The notes under the pieces: model-generated
Told to the model about the DNA's origin: nothing
The model's input: the letters and a program-made list of their open reading frames with translations, nothing else
The model's database searches: none
Program-made: the position numbers and the translations under genes
In this document: positions 10,095-19,696 of the stretch, piece after piece
How the letters are laid out: the number at the start of each line of letters is the position of its first letter
Numbering within the stretch: position 1 is the first letter of the stretch
DNA from: Promethearchaeota archaeon Loki_b32
GTDB taxonomy: Archaea; Asgardarchaeota; Lokiarchaeia; Sigyniarchaeales; SOKP01
Length of the DNA stretch: 64,000 nt
Assembly: GCA_005223125.1 (NCBI GenBank)
Contig: NJBH01000006.1
Location: forward strand, 32,001-96,000
Reading direction: 5' to 3'

Positions 10095-10245
10095 GAGGGA
10101 AGAATGAGAAAATACAAATAATATCCCCTAATTTCCTAATTAAACACTATGGCATTCTGCTAAGTGGATTATAATGGTAACTAATAACTAAATTTTAAAC
10201 AAAATCTTGGACATATAAGGTTTTGATTTTTTCTCATCCTCCCTC
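10095..10245 (+). ncRNA. Candidate ~150-nt structured RNA (or non-autonomous repeat element)
   Basis: Ends pair (GAGGGAAGAATGAGAAAA with TTTTCTCATCCTCCCTC); internal hairpins 10145-10166 and 10200-10225; TATA-like TTTAAATA about 25-30 nt upstream; T-tract downstream. Confidence 0.35.
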
Positions 10246-10379
10246 ACTCTCTTTTTCGTATTTTTATAAGTTTGTACTGTTATGTAGTTCTTATTTTTAT
10301 TAAAATAAGATTTAAAGGATAAATTTAATTTACTTAAATAACATTTTGCGATTAAATACATAACAAGAAGTAGATTTTA

Positions 10380-11015
10380 ATGGATTTTGAAAAATTAACA
10401 GAACTGGTAATTGAATTAGAAGTAGATGATATTGCTGACGCTGTGAAAGAAGCTTTAAATGAAGGTAAAGATGCTTTTGAAATATTAAATTCTCTAACAA
10501 AAGGTATGGATGAAGTTGGACGCCGTTATGAAGAAAAAGAATATTATTTAACAGAACTTGTATTGGCAGGAGAAACAATGAAGGAAGCTTTTAATGTTTT
10601 AAAGCCTGCGTTAGCTGCAGCAGGTAAAGCAGAAGATAGTGTGAAAATAATTCTAGCTACAGTTAAAGGAGATAATCATGATATAGGAAAGAACATTTTA
10701 GGTTCTCTTCTTTTAAGTTCTGGTTTTGAGCTTTATGACTTAGGGATGGATGTTGATGAAAATACAATAATTGAAAAAGTAAAGGAAACTGGAGCAGATA
10801 TTATCGCTTTGAGTACTTTACTAACTATGACAGTGGAACACATAAAAGTTGTTCATGAAGCTTTACAAGCAGCAGGACTACGTGATAAGGTTAAATTAAT
10901 TGTGGGAGGAGCTCCTTTAAATATGGAACTTGCAAAAAGACTTGGAGCTGATGATTTTGCTGATGATGCCGTTGATGGTGTAAGGCACATAAAGCGACTT
11001 TCTGGTATTGAATAA
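10380..11015 (+). CDS. Corrinoid (cobalamin-binding) protein, MtbC/MttC family
   Basis: Helical cap with GMDEVGRRYE, DxHxxG motif DNHDIGKN, S-x-L, VGGAP. Confidence 0.92.
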   Translation: MDFEKLTELVIELEVDDIADAVKEALNEGKDAFEILNSLTKGMDEVGRRYEEKEYYLTELVLAGETMKEAFNVLKPALAAAGKAEDSVKIILATVKGDNHDIGKNILGSLLLSSGFELYDLGMDVDENTIIEKVKETGADIIALSTLLTMTVEHIKVVHEALQAAGLRDKVKLIVGGAPLNMELAKRLGADDFADDAVDGVRHIKRLSGIE

Positions 11016-11237
11016 GCCTTACAGATTGATTAAAATTTTTTTCTTTAATTTTGATTTTATACCATCTAAATTTAAAAGATTTATAATATATAAACCCCTT
11101 ATTCTAACTGTTTTATACGTTTTTCTTAGATTGTATTAATATTTATTAAATTATAATGAGAAGATTTATACTCTTTTTGAATCGTTTATATCTCAAGAAA
11201 TATGTTATGATAAAATCCTTTTTAGGAGGTTTTTAAA

Positions 11238-11492
11238 TTGAATAATAAACAAACTGAAGGATTTGAAATTGATAAAGAATTAGATACTCGTGGTTTATTT
11301 TGTCCCGAACCGTTATTTGAAGTGAGAAATTTAAGTGAAACTCTTAATGAAGGGCAATGTTTTAAAGTTATAGCTAATGATCCCGCTGCAGAAGAAGATC
11401 TTAAAAGATGGGCTAAAAGAACCGATACAAAGGTTGTAGAATTTAGTAAAGATGGTGATGATTTAATTTTTATTTTTAAGAAAACAAAATGA
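11238..11492 (+). CDS. tusA: TusA/SirA sulfur-carrier protein
   Basis: LDTRGLFCPEP (CPxP), ANDPAAEED; GGAGG SD upstream of TTG. Confidence 0.92.
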   Translation: MNNKQTEGFEIDKELDTRGLFCPEPLFEVRNLSETLNEGQCFKVIANDPAAEEDLKRWAKRTDTKVVEFSKDGDDLIFIFKKTK

Positions 11493-11508
11493 ATAAGGTG
11501 GGAAAAAT

Positions 11509-12702
11509 ATGAGTTTTTATTTAGACTATCAAGCGGCAAAACCTGTAGATGTGCGCGTTGTTTCAGAAATGACTATGTATTTAAATCAAAAATTTGCTAA
11601 TCCATCTTCATTGCATTGTGAAGGAGATGAAGCTACTGATGCTCTAAGTGATTCAAGACAAAAAGTAGCGGATTTTATAAATTCTCCAAATCCAGATTCT
11701 ATAATTTTTACATCGGGGGCTACAGAATCAAATAACTTAGCAATAATAGGAGCTGCAATGAGAAATCAAAAGAAAGGAAACCACATCATAATTTCAGAGA
11801 TAGAACATATATCAATTTTAAATATTGCAAAATATTTAGAACGTCAAGGCTTTAAAGTAAGTAGAGTTCCAGTTGATCAATATGGTATTGTGAGACTAGA
11901 TAAACTAGCACGATTAATTACTGATAAAACTATTTTAATTTCAATCTCAACTGCAAGTAATGAGGTAGGTTCTCTGCAACCAATAGGAAAAATCAGCGAT
12001 ATTGCTACAAAAAATAATATCTTATTTCATACTGATGCGGTGGCTAGTGAAAGTGTTATCCCATTAGATGTTCAAGAAATTCCATTTGACTTAGTAACGT
12101 TATCATCAAACGATATTTATGGTCCCAGAGGTGTAGGTGCTCTATACTTGAAAAAAGGAGTACGTGTAAATCCAATCATTATTGGAGGTGGACAAGAAAG
12201 AGGATTAAGATCTGGTTCTGAAAATGTACCTGGAATAGTGGGATTTGCAAAAGCGGCTGAAATTATGAAAGCAGAAATTAATAATGACGCAGAGAGATTA
12301 AAAATTTTAAGAGATAAAGTGATTAAAGGAATTTTAGAGTCAATTCCAAAATCTTATTTGAATGGTCATCCTGAATTAAGACTTCCTTATAATGCACATT
12401 TTAGATTTGATTATATCGAGGGTGAATCATTGATTCTTAGTCTAAAAGATGAAAATGTTGCCGTCGCAACAGGATCAGCATGTTCTTCAAAGACATTAGA
12501 ACCTTCACATACATTAATCGCAATGGGTTTACTACACGAAGAAGCTCACGGATCTCTTGTGGTAACTTTAGGTCGTTATACTCAAGAAAAAGATATTGAT
12601 AAACTTATAGAAGTCTTACCTAACATAGTAAAAAGATTACGATTATTATCCCCTTTAACGCCTCCTGATTTAATTAAAAAATATAATGAGGTGAATGAAT
12701 AA
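11509..12702 (+). CDS. iscS: IscS/NifS-family cysteine desulfurase-like protein with PLP lysine replaced by Asp
   Basis: YLDY, FTSGATESNN, GGGQERGLRSGSEN, GSACSS; SSNDIYGP in place of S-x-HK-x-YGP. Confidence 0.9.
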   Translation: MSFYLDYQAAKPVDVRVVSEMTMYLNQKFANPSSLHCEGDEATDALSDSRQKVADFINSPNPDSIIFTSGATESNNLAIIGAAMRNQKKGNHIIISEIEHISILNIAKYLERQGFKVSRVPVDQYGIVRLDKLARLITDKTILISISTASNEVGSLQPIGKISDIATKNNILFHTDAVASESVIPLDVQEIPFDLVTLSSNDIYGPRGVGALYLKKGVRVNPIIIGGGQERGLRSGSENVPGIVGFAKAAEIMKAEINNDAERLKILRDKVIKGILESIPKSYLNGHPELRLPYNAHFRFDYIEGESLILSLKDENVAVATGSACSSKTLEPSHTLIAMGLLHEEAHGSLVVTLGRYTQEKDIDKLIEVLPNIVKRLRLLSPLTPPDLIKKYNEVNE

Positions 12703-13507
12703 AATGAAATCAACTGAGTATACCGAAAAAGTTTTAGATCATTTTCGCAATCCGAGAAATGTAGGTGTCATAGAAAACCCTGATGGTTACGGAAAGGTTG
12801 GAAATCCTATTTGTGGTGATTTAATGTATATGTATATAAAGGTTGCCAAAAATAATAATGATGAAGAATATATTGAAGATATTAAATTTAAAACATTTGG
12901 CTGCGGCTCTGCGGTAGCAACTTCTTCTATGATCACAGAAATGGCTAAAGGAATTACACTAGATGAAGCTTATAAGATTACAAGACAAGATGTAGCTGAT
13001 GAATTAGAAGGACTTCCTCCAATTAAAATGCATTGTTCAAATCTCGCTGCTGATGCATTAAAAGCGGCTATTGACAATTATAGAACTGGCGCTGAACCTG
13101 AGGTTGAAGTAGCAACTTCATGCCAACTTGAAATTAGAGTTATCCTTGGTTTTGATGAGTTTCTTGGAAAGGGAGCATTTAGGGAAGCTCCAGAAAATTT
13201 AGAAGAACTTAGAGATAAAAGAATTTTGATAATTGATTCTGGTGACAATTCTTTAGAGCTTGCCTTACAATTAACAGAATATACAGGTAGAGTTATTGTT
13301 GTTACCTCTTCAAAAGGAGTACCAGGTAGGGAAGAAATTGCTAAAAATCTTAAAAAATCTGATGTGAAAATATTACATCAATCTGACCTTTTAGAAGTTA
13401 AAGGAGAACTCGATGAGGTAGAACGTGTAGTTTTACATGATTACGATGAAGACGAGAATTATGAGCTCTACGTAGATGTTGTTATTAAGCTAAATTATAG
13501 AGGTTAA
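12695..13507 (+). CDS. iscU: IscU/NifU-N Fe-S scaffold fused to a degenerate thioredoxin-reductase NADPH domain
   Basis: YTEKVLDHFRNPRNVG, NPICGD, FGCGSA, KMHCSNLA; residues ~150-270 are colinear with the TrxB NADPH domain at 37958-38887. Confidence 0.88.
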   Translation: MNKMKSTEYTEKVLDHFRNPRNVGVIENPDGYGKVGNPICGDLMYMYIKVAKNNNDEEYIEDIKFKTFGCGSAVATSSMITEMAKGITLDEAYKITRQDVADELEGLPPIKMHCSNLAADALKAAIDNYRTGAEPEVEVATSCQLEIRVILGFDEFLGKGAFREAPENLEELRDKRILIIDSGDNSLELALQLTEYTGRVIVVTSSKGVPGREEIAKNLKKSDVKILHQSDLLEVKGELDEVERVVLHDYDEDENYELYVDVVIKLNYRG

Positions 13508-13666
13508 TTTTTTTCTTTTTCTTATTGAGTATCTAATGAAATATTTATTTATCATTAATTTTTATTATTTTTATTCAGACATTAATCTCACTTTACTTGC
13601 TATATATCCCTCATTTTTGGAAAGATGTGAACAACCACTCTACTAGCATATCTTGATTATCTTGAA

Positions 13667-13936
13667 GTGTTAATTGGCAAAAATCCAAATGTTGCTAAAA
13701 TAAAATAGGGGACCATTAGCGTTAGGTGGAGATAGAAATGGTGGACAAGAAATCACTATAAGAAGTTTTTTAGATTTTTTTCAATATAAACATGTTTTGA
13801 TTGTATCGGGGGGCATATTTTGAGTAAATTTAGGTACACGTTTATGGGTAAAAATTCAAGATTGAAAGGTATTGAATCTGAAAAAGACAGCTTAAGAACG
13901 ATTAGGAAAGTTATCAAAAGAATGACAGGAATTTAA
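13667..13936 (+). pseudogene. Remnant of iron-sulfur flavoprotein (paralogue of 28316-28918)
   Basis: Translates to KNPNV...LALGGDRNGGQEITIRSFLDFFQ...VSGGIF*VNLG...LRTIRKVIKRM; in-frame TGA at 13821 plus frameshifts; 5' part missing. Confidence 0.85.
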
Positions 13937-14035
13937 AGATTAATATTTCAAGAAATTATAAGGGATTATAAATTTAGAAAAGTTAAAGAATATAATACAA
14001 TTTTCTTATGAAAATAGCATAATAATGAATATTAA

Positions 14036-14689
14036 ATGAAAGATAAAATAGATTGGGTTTGGAGAGATGATAATCATCCTGATTCCAAAAAGAAAGTTCC
14101 TAAAAAGAAAGACAAGAAAGACCCAAAAGTTACTTTCAAAAAAGGTGTAATTATCGCCATTTTATTACTTTCAATAGGAATAGCTCAGTTAATATTTGTC
14201 ATCTCAGTACGTTCAAAATTGATCTGGAGGTATAGTGGTGGACCAGTATCGGGTGAAGAAGTCATAAATGTCCCTCCTACTTATTTGTATCCAAATAGAT
14301 ATATAATCATGGCTATAGGATATTTTCCAATGATTATAGATGAAGATGTAGTTGGTAACATTACATTCATACATCAAAATTCAGGCAAAACTTACACTTT
14401 TAACTATACTATTATTGGATATTTAATGTATCAGAAAATGATATTTGATACAAGGATATGGTCTATGAACCCCGGTAAATATAATGTATCATGGGATAAT
14501 AATTATAACCGATATGAATACTATTTCACAACATATGGATTATTTAATTTTTTTCCTAATGAGGATAAATATCCTACTAATATGGAAACAATTATGTTAA
14601 TTGTTTCAATTTTTGGTTTAGTAGCGCTTTTAATTGGGGCAATAAAAAAATACCATAAAACAAAACGAGATTATGCTTACTATAAATAG
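14036..14689 (+). CDS. Hypothetical membrane protein (2 TM flanking an extracellular beta-rich domain)
   Basis: Hydrophobic segments near both ends; aromatic- and Asn-rich middle. Confidence 0.7.
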   Translation: MKDKIDWVWRDDNHPDSKKKVPKKKDKKDPKVTFKKGVIIAILLLSIGIAQLIFVISVRSKLIWRYSGGPVSGEEVINVPPTYLYPNRYIIMAIGYFPMIIDEDVVGNITFIHQNSGKTYTFNYTIIGYLMYQKMIFDTRIWSMNPGKYNVSWDNNYNRYEYYFTTYGLFNFFPNEDKYPTNMETIMLIVSIFGLVALLIGAIKKYHKTKRDYAYYK

Positions 14690-14728
14690 TTATTCTATAA
14701 TTGTTTTATTTAATTATTAAATAATTTT

Positions 14729-15862
14729 CTATTTTCTTATTGACTCTAAAATATAATCAGTTATATATTTACTTTCTTTGTCCATTTGATTCTTATAATT
14801 AACATATCTAAAATTAAAAACGCATAAAGGACAAGAGGACACAATTTCTTTTGTATCAATATTATTGAATAATTCTTTACCTATTTTAATACAAATGCTA
14901 CTATCAACACCTCTAATTCCGGAACCTGATCCACAACAAGGAGATTCTTCTGGATTTGTAGTTAATTCTTTAAATTCTAACCCACATTTCTTTAAAAGCT
15001 CTCGAGGTTCAGAGTAAAGAAGACCACTTTTATATTTTCTCCCAACTCGGCAAGGATCATGATAGGTAATTGGTTTATTCAACGGTTTTAAAGTAATTTT
15101 TCCTTCTTTTTCTAAATCATAAATAACATCAATAATATGTCTCACATTTACTTCAAAATCCTTAAAATATTTCCTGTAAACTTTGTAAAAGGCATATAAA
15201 CATCCACCACATGTAACAATTAAGTTCTTTACTCCGATTTTTTTAAAGAGTTCAATGTTTTCCTGAAAAATCTTTTTAGCAACATCAAGATTTCCAGCGG
15301 AATATACATATTCTCCACAACATGGTTCCTTTTCTAAAATTTTAAAGTTATAACCAGCAAGTATTAAAATTTTATAGGGAGTAAGAGCACTTTCTTTCAC
15401 ACGAAACGAAGACATGCATCCTAAAAATAACAGAGTATCTGAATCTTTCTTTTCAAATAATTCTTTTGTTTTATAACTTTCAGGTAACCAATTTAATCTC
15501 TCTTCTGGGTTTCCACCAACAGAGTTGTCTTTTTCTATAATTCCTCTTATGATTTTATTGTGTATTTCTAGTGGTGCTTTATTTTCTTCTACAAGTCTAA
15601 CTTTAGATGAATGAATAATTTCCGATATTTGAATTTCTTGTTGACAAGTTAAATCACATAATGCACATAATGTACAAGTATATAGACTAATGCGTTCTTC
15701 TTCTGAGATCTGATTATTAGAAAAAACTTTTTCAGCTATTTTTAATCTTCCGTTAGGTGATTTTAATTCATCGTTAGTAACCATGTAAGTGTCGCATATT
15801 TCCATACAATCCTTACAGTCTATACATGAATTTATTTCGGTTAATAATTTATTAACGTCCAT
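14729..15862 (-). CDS. HdrD/GlpC-like Fe-S oxidoreductase (2x[4Fe-4S] plus CCG domains)
   Basis: CxxCxxCxxxC twice; LGC, PCCG, TCGGC, YHDPC, CCGSG, SCPLC. Confidence 0.9.
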   Translation of the reverse strand: MDVNKLLTEINSCIDCKDCMEICDTYMVTNDELKSPNGRLKIAEKVFSNNQISEEERISLYTCTLCALCDLTCQQEIQISEIIHSSKVRLVEENKAPLEIHNKIIRGIIEKDNSVGGNPEERLNWLPESYKTKELFEKKDSDTLLFLGCMSSFRVKESALTPYKILILAGYNFKILEKEPCCGEYVYSAGNLDVAKKIFQENIELFKKIGVKNLIVTCGGCLYAFYKVYRKYFKDFEVNVRHIIDVIYDLEKEGKITLKPLNKPITYHDPCRVGRKYKSGLLYSEPRELLKKCGLEFKELTTNPEESPCCGSGSGIRGVDSSICIKIGKELFNNIDTKEIVSSCPLCVFNFRYVNYKNQMDKESKYITDYILESIRK

Positions 15863-15991
15863 TTCAATATCATTTATCTTAATATTAGATTATATACTAA
15901 TTTTTCTAACTTATAATGACCAAATTTATATTAATCGCTTTATAAAAATAAGTAAATAGATTGAAAACATATAAATAATTCGGGAATTTTT

Positions 15992-18379
15992 ATGAAAAGG
16001 GTAGTAATAGTTGGAGGAGTTGCAGGCGGAGCTTCTGCAGCTGCTAGATTAAGACGTTTAAAGGAAGATTTTGAAATTATAATGTTGGATAAAGGTCCAT
16101 ATGTCTCATTTGCAAATTGTGGATTATCTTATTATGTGGGGAATATAATAAAGGATCGTGAGTCTTTAGAGTTAGTTACACCAGAAAGCTTTCTTGAAAG
16201 ATTCAATATTGATGTTAGGGTTAATAGTGAGGCCACTTTAATTGATAAAGTAAATAAACGAATCAAAGTAAAAGATTTAAGACAAAATAATGTGTACACT
16301 CTTGAATATGATTATTTAATCTTAGCAACAGGGTCAAAACCAATAGTACCTCCATTTGTAGGGCTTGAATATGTTCCTTATTTTACGGTATGGACTATTC
16401 CTGATGCTGTAAAAATAAGAGATTATGTTGAAAAATATCATATAAAAAACGCAGTTATCGTTGGTGGTGGTTTTATTGGATTAGAAATGGCAGAAAACTT
16501 AGTAGAGAAAGGAGTGAAAGTAAAAATTGTTGAAATGCGGAATCAAGTTATGCCTCCAATTGATAAAGAAATAGCACAATTTATTCATCAAGAATTATTA
16601 CTGAATGGAGTTTGTCTTGTTTTAGAAGATCCAGTAGATTCCTTCGGGAGGACAGAAAAAGATAAGCCGTTTGTTAAGACAAAAAGTGGTCGAATAATAG
16701 AAACAGATTTAATTATTTTATCTATTGGTATTAGACCAGAAAGTACTTTAGCTAAAAATACTGATTTAGACTTGACAGAGAGAGGATATGTTATTGTTAA
16801 TAACAAAATGCAGACTTCTGATCCGAATATTTATGCTGTAGGTGATATAGTTCAAGTTCAACATTTTCAAACTAAAAAGCCGATATCAATAGCTTTAGCA
16901 GGCCCAGCAAATAAACAAGGTAGAATAGCAGCAGATAATATTGCTGGAAGAAATTCTGAATATAAGGGTGTTATGGGAGCATCCGTTGTTAAGGTTTTCG
17001 ATGTAACAGTCGCGTCTGTGGGTTTAACAGAAAAACAATTAAAAAATTTAGAAATCAATTATAATAAAATATATATTCACCCTAATAATCATGCAGGGTA
17101 CTATCCTGGAGCTATCCCTATAACACTCAAATTAATTTTTGAAGTTCCTAGTGGTAAAATTCTTGGGGCTCAAGCTGTTGGAGGACCAGGTACAGAAAAA
17201 AGAATTGATGTCATCTCCGCTGTAATCAAATTTGATGGCACCGTATTTGATTTGGAAGAATTAGAATTAACTTATGCCCCTCCATATGGTTCTGCAAAAG
17301 ATCCGGTTAATATGGCTGGATTCGTTGCAGCTAATTATCTTAGAGAGGATATGCCCATTTGGCACTGGCATGAATTAACTAATGTGAAAACTAACGGTGC
17401 ACTTTTATTAGATGTTAGAACAAAAGAAGAATTTGCTGCTAGAACCATTGATGGCTCATTAAATATTCCAATTGAGGAACTCAGAAAGCGATTAGATGAA
17501 ATTCCTAAGGATCAATCAATATATGTTTACTGCGAAGTTGGATATAGGAGTTATTTAGCATTGAGAATTCTACTGCAAAGTGGGTTTAATGAAGTCTATG
17601 AATTAACTGGGGGGTTTAAAATTTTCGAGATGGCAAATGCTACTACAGAAGAAATAATGGCTGCCTGTGGTGGTTCCGAGTATGTTATTGAAGAATTTGT
17701 TCATGAAAAAGCTACTGAAAGTGAAGATTATATAGAAGTCGATGCGTGTGGATTATCTTGTCCAGGTCCTCTCAATGCATTAATTAAGTCTCTTGATACT
17801 TTACCTGAAAATAAAAAATTAAAGATTTACACCACTGACCCGGGATTTAAATCTAGTGTTGAGGCATATTCTAAACTAAATGATGCTGTAAAATTGTTAA
17901 GTTTAGGAAAAGAACGAGGCAAATTAGTCGCTACTTTAATAAAAATCCAACCCACAGTGGAAATAATAACACCTGTTAAAAAGAAATCCAGAAAAGAATT
18001 AAGATCTCCGGATGCACCTTCAATTTCAGATATTAACGCTGATGAACTATTTGAGCGCATTAGTACTGAGGATGAGCCACCACTTATGATTGATGTTCGA
18101 ACGCCTCAAGAATATAATGGGCAACATGGTTATATAAAAAATACGAAATTAATTCCTTTAGGTGAATTATTAAATAATCCAGATGCCATAAAAGATTATA
18201 AAAGTGAAGAAATCATAGCAATTTGTCACTCTGGTTCGCGTTCGATGATGGCAGCTCAAATTTTAGCTCAAGCGGGATTTAAAGATATTAGAAATTTAAC
18301 TGGTGGAATGATGGCGTGGCATAGAAAAGGTTTTCCTGTGGAGTTAAAAATAAGAGGAATGACAGAAACTTATTATTAA
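15992..18379 (+). CDS. CoA-disulfide/persulfide reductase with rhodanese-TusA-rhodanese tail
   Basis: GGVAGG FAD motif, SFANCGL active Cys, GGGFIG, YAPPY; rhodanese CEVGYRS; TusA CGLSCPGP; second rhodanese CHSGSRS. Confidence 0.9.
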   Translation: MKRVVIVGGVAGGASAAARLRRLKEDFEIIMLDKGPYVSFANCGLSYYVGNIIKDRESLELVTPESFLERFNIDVRVNSEATLIDKVNKRIKVKDLRQNNVYTLEYDYLILATGSKPIVPPFVGLEYVPYFTVWTIPDAVKIRDYVEKYHIKNAVIVGGGFIGLEMAENLVEKGVKVKIVEMRNQVMPPIDKEIAQFIHQELLLNGVCLVLEDPVDSFGRTEKDKPFVKTKSGRIIETDLIILSIGIRPESTLAKNTDLDLTERGYVIVNNKMQTSDPNIYAVGDIVQVQHFQTKKPISIALAGPANKQGRIAADNIAGRNSEYKGVMGASVVKVFDVTVASVGLTEKQLKNLEINYNKIYIHPNNHAGYYPGAIPITLKLIFEVPSGKILGAQAVGGPGTEKRIDVISAVIKFDGTVFDLEELELTYAPPYGSAKDPVNMAGFVAANYLREDMPIWHWHELTNVKTNGALLLDVRTKEEFAARTIDGSLNIPIEELRKRLDEIPKDQSIYVYCEVGYRSYLALRILLQSGFNEVYELTGGFKIFEMANATTEEIMAACGGSEYVIEEFVHEKATESEDYIEVDACGLSCPGPLNALIKSLDTLPENKKLKIYTTDPGFKSSVEAYSKLNDAVKLLSLGKERGKLVATLIKIQPTVEIITPVKKKSRKELRSPDAPSISDINADELFERISTEDEPPLMIDVRTPQEYNGQHGYIKNTKLIPLGELLNNPDAIKDYKSEEIIAICHSGSRSMMAAQILAQAGFKDIRNLTGGMMAWHRKGFPVELKIRGMTETYY

Positions 18380-18504
18380 TCTAATCTCCTTTAGATTTTT
18401 CTTTAAATTATAAGTAAAAAAGTTAAAAAAAAGGCGAAATAATATAAATCCAGATATATTCATATATAACGAATTTCCAATTTATAAAATGGAGGTTAAA
18501 AACT

Positions 18505-19095
18505 ATGAAAGAAACTGCTAAAAAATTATATACTGCATATGTTGGAGAATCACAAGCTAGAAATAGATACAATTATTTTTCTAAAATTGCTAAAAAAGAA
18601 GGATATGCAATTATATCTAAAATTTTTGACGAGACATCGGATCAAGAGAAAGAACATGGCAGCTGGTTTTATAAAATGCTACAACAGTTCAAAAAAGAAG
18701 AACCATTTGATGAAATGAAAGTACTTCCCGATGCAGCATTTCCAACAACCCATGGAACCACAATTGAAAATTTAAAATCTGCAATAGCAGGAGAAGACTT
18801 GGAATGGCAAACACTTTATCCTGATATCGCTGAAACGGCAGAAAAAGAGGGGTATCCTGATATTGCGACAAGAGTACGTGCAATCATGGTTGCTGAAAAA
18901 CATCATTCAGAACGATATGGGAAACTCTTGAAATTAGTTGGTGATGATGCATTCTTCAAACGTGGATCAAAAGTCGTTTGGATATGCATGGAATGTGGTT
19001 ATGAAGTAGAAATGGATGAATTACCCAAAGATTTTGTATGTCCAAGTTGTTCACATCCCCGAGCATATTACAAAAAGAAAAGTGAGGATTTCTAA
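18505..19095 (+). CDS. rbr: Rubrerythrin
   Basis: GESQARNRY, EKEH, GE, LYP, EKHH diiron ligands; C-terminal CMECG...CPSC. Confidence 0.95.
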   Translation: MKETAKKLYTAYVGESQARNRYNYFSKIAKKEGYAIISKIFDETSDQEKEHGSWFYKMLQQFKKEEPFDEMKVLPDAAFPTTHGTTIENLKSAIAGEDLEWQTLYPDIAETAEKEGYPDIATRVRAIMVAEKHHSERYGKLLKLVGDDAFFKRGSKVVWICMECGYEVEMDELPKDFVCPSCSHPRAYYKKKSEDF

Positions 19096-19186
19096 GAATA
19101 CCAATGAATTTTTAATTTAAAATCAAAATGATTAAATATTAAATTAAATGATTTAAAAAACAAAAAAATAGAATATGTGAAGAAAA

Positions 19187-19573
19187 ATGAAACAGAAAGA
19201 GATTTATAAATGCACAATATGCGGAAAGGTAATAGAAATATTGAATCCAGGTGTTCCCGAAACAATCTGTTGCGGTCAGCCAATGAAACTTATGGAGGAA
19301 CAAACTGCTGAATGGAAATCAGAGAAACATGTTCCCAAGATTACGATTGATGGTAATAAGGTTACTGTTGATGTTGGAATCTCAATGGGAACACCTCATC
19401 CTATGACTGATGAGCACTACATTATGTGGATTGAAATAATTTGTAAAGATGGATGTTACGAAAGAAGGTTTTTAAAGCCTGGAGCCGAACCTAAAGCAAC
19501 CTTTACTGTTGCTAGTCCAGAAGGACTCTGGGCACGAGAATATTGTAATCTCCACTTCTTATGGAAAAGTTAA
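19187..19573 (+). CDS. dfx: Desulfoferrodoxin (2Fe superoxide reductase)
   Basis: YKCTICG...CCGQPM; EKHVP, HPMTDEHYIMWI, YCNLH. Confidence 0.95.
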   Translation: MKQKEIYKCTICGKVIEILNPGVPETICCGQPMKLMEEQTAEWKSEKHVPKITIDGNKVTVDVGISMGTPHPMTDEHYIMWIEIICKDGCYERRFLKPGAEPKATFTVASPEGLWAREYCNLHFLWKS

Positions 19574-19696
19574 ATTTGAAATCAATTATTTTTCTTTTTT
19601 TTTTATTTATTTGCTTTAAAATAATGAAATTTTAAGAGTTTAAAACACATTTAGTAATATCAAAATCAATTAAACAATGCTTATTCAAAAGTAATA

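Noticed and set aside
10095-10245. Canonical cobalamin riboswitch
   Set aside because: No recognisable B12-box or other conserved cobalamin riboswitch core; kept only as an unclassified RNA candidate.
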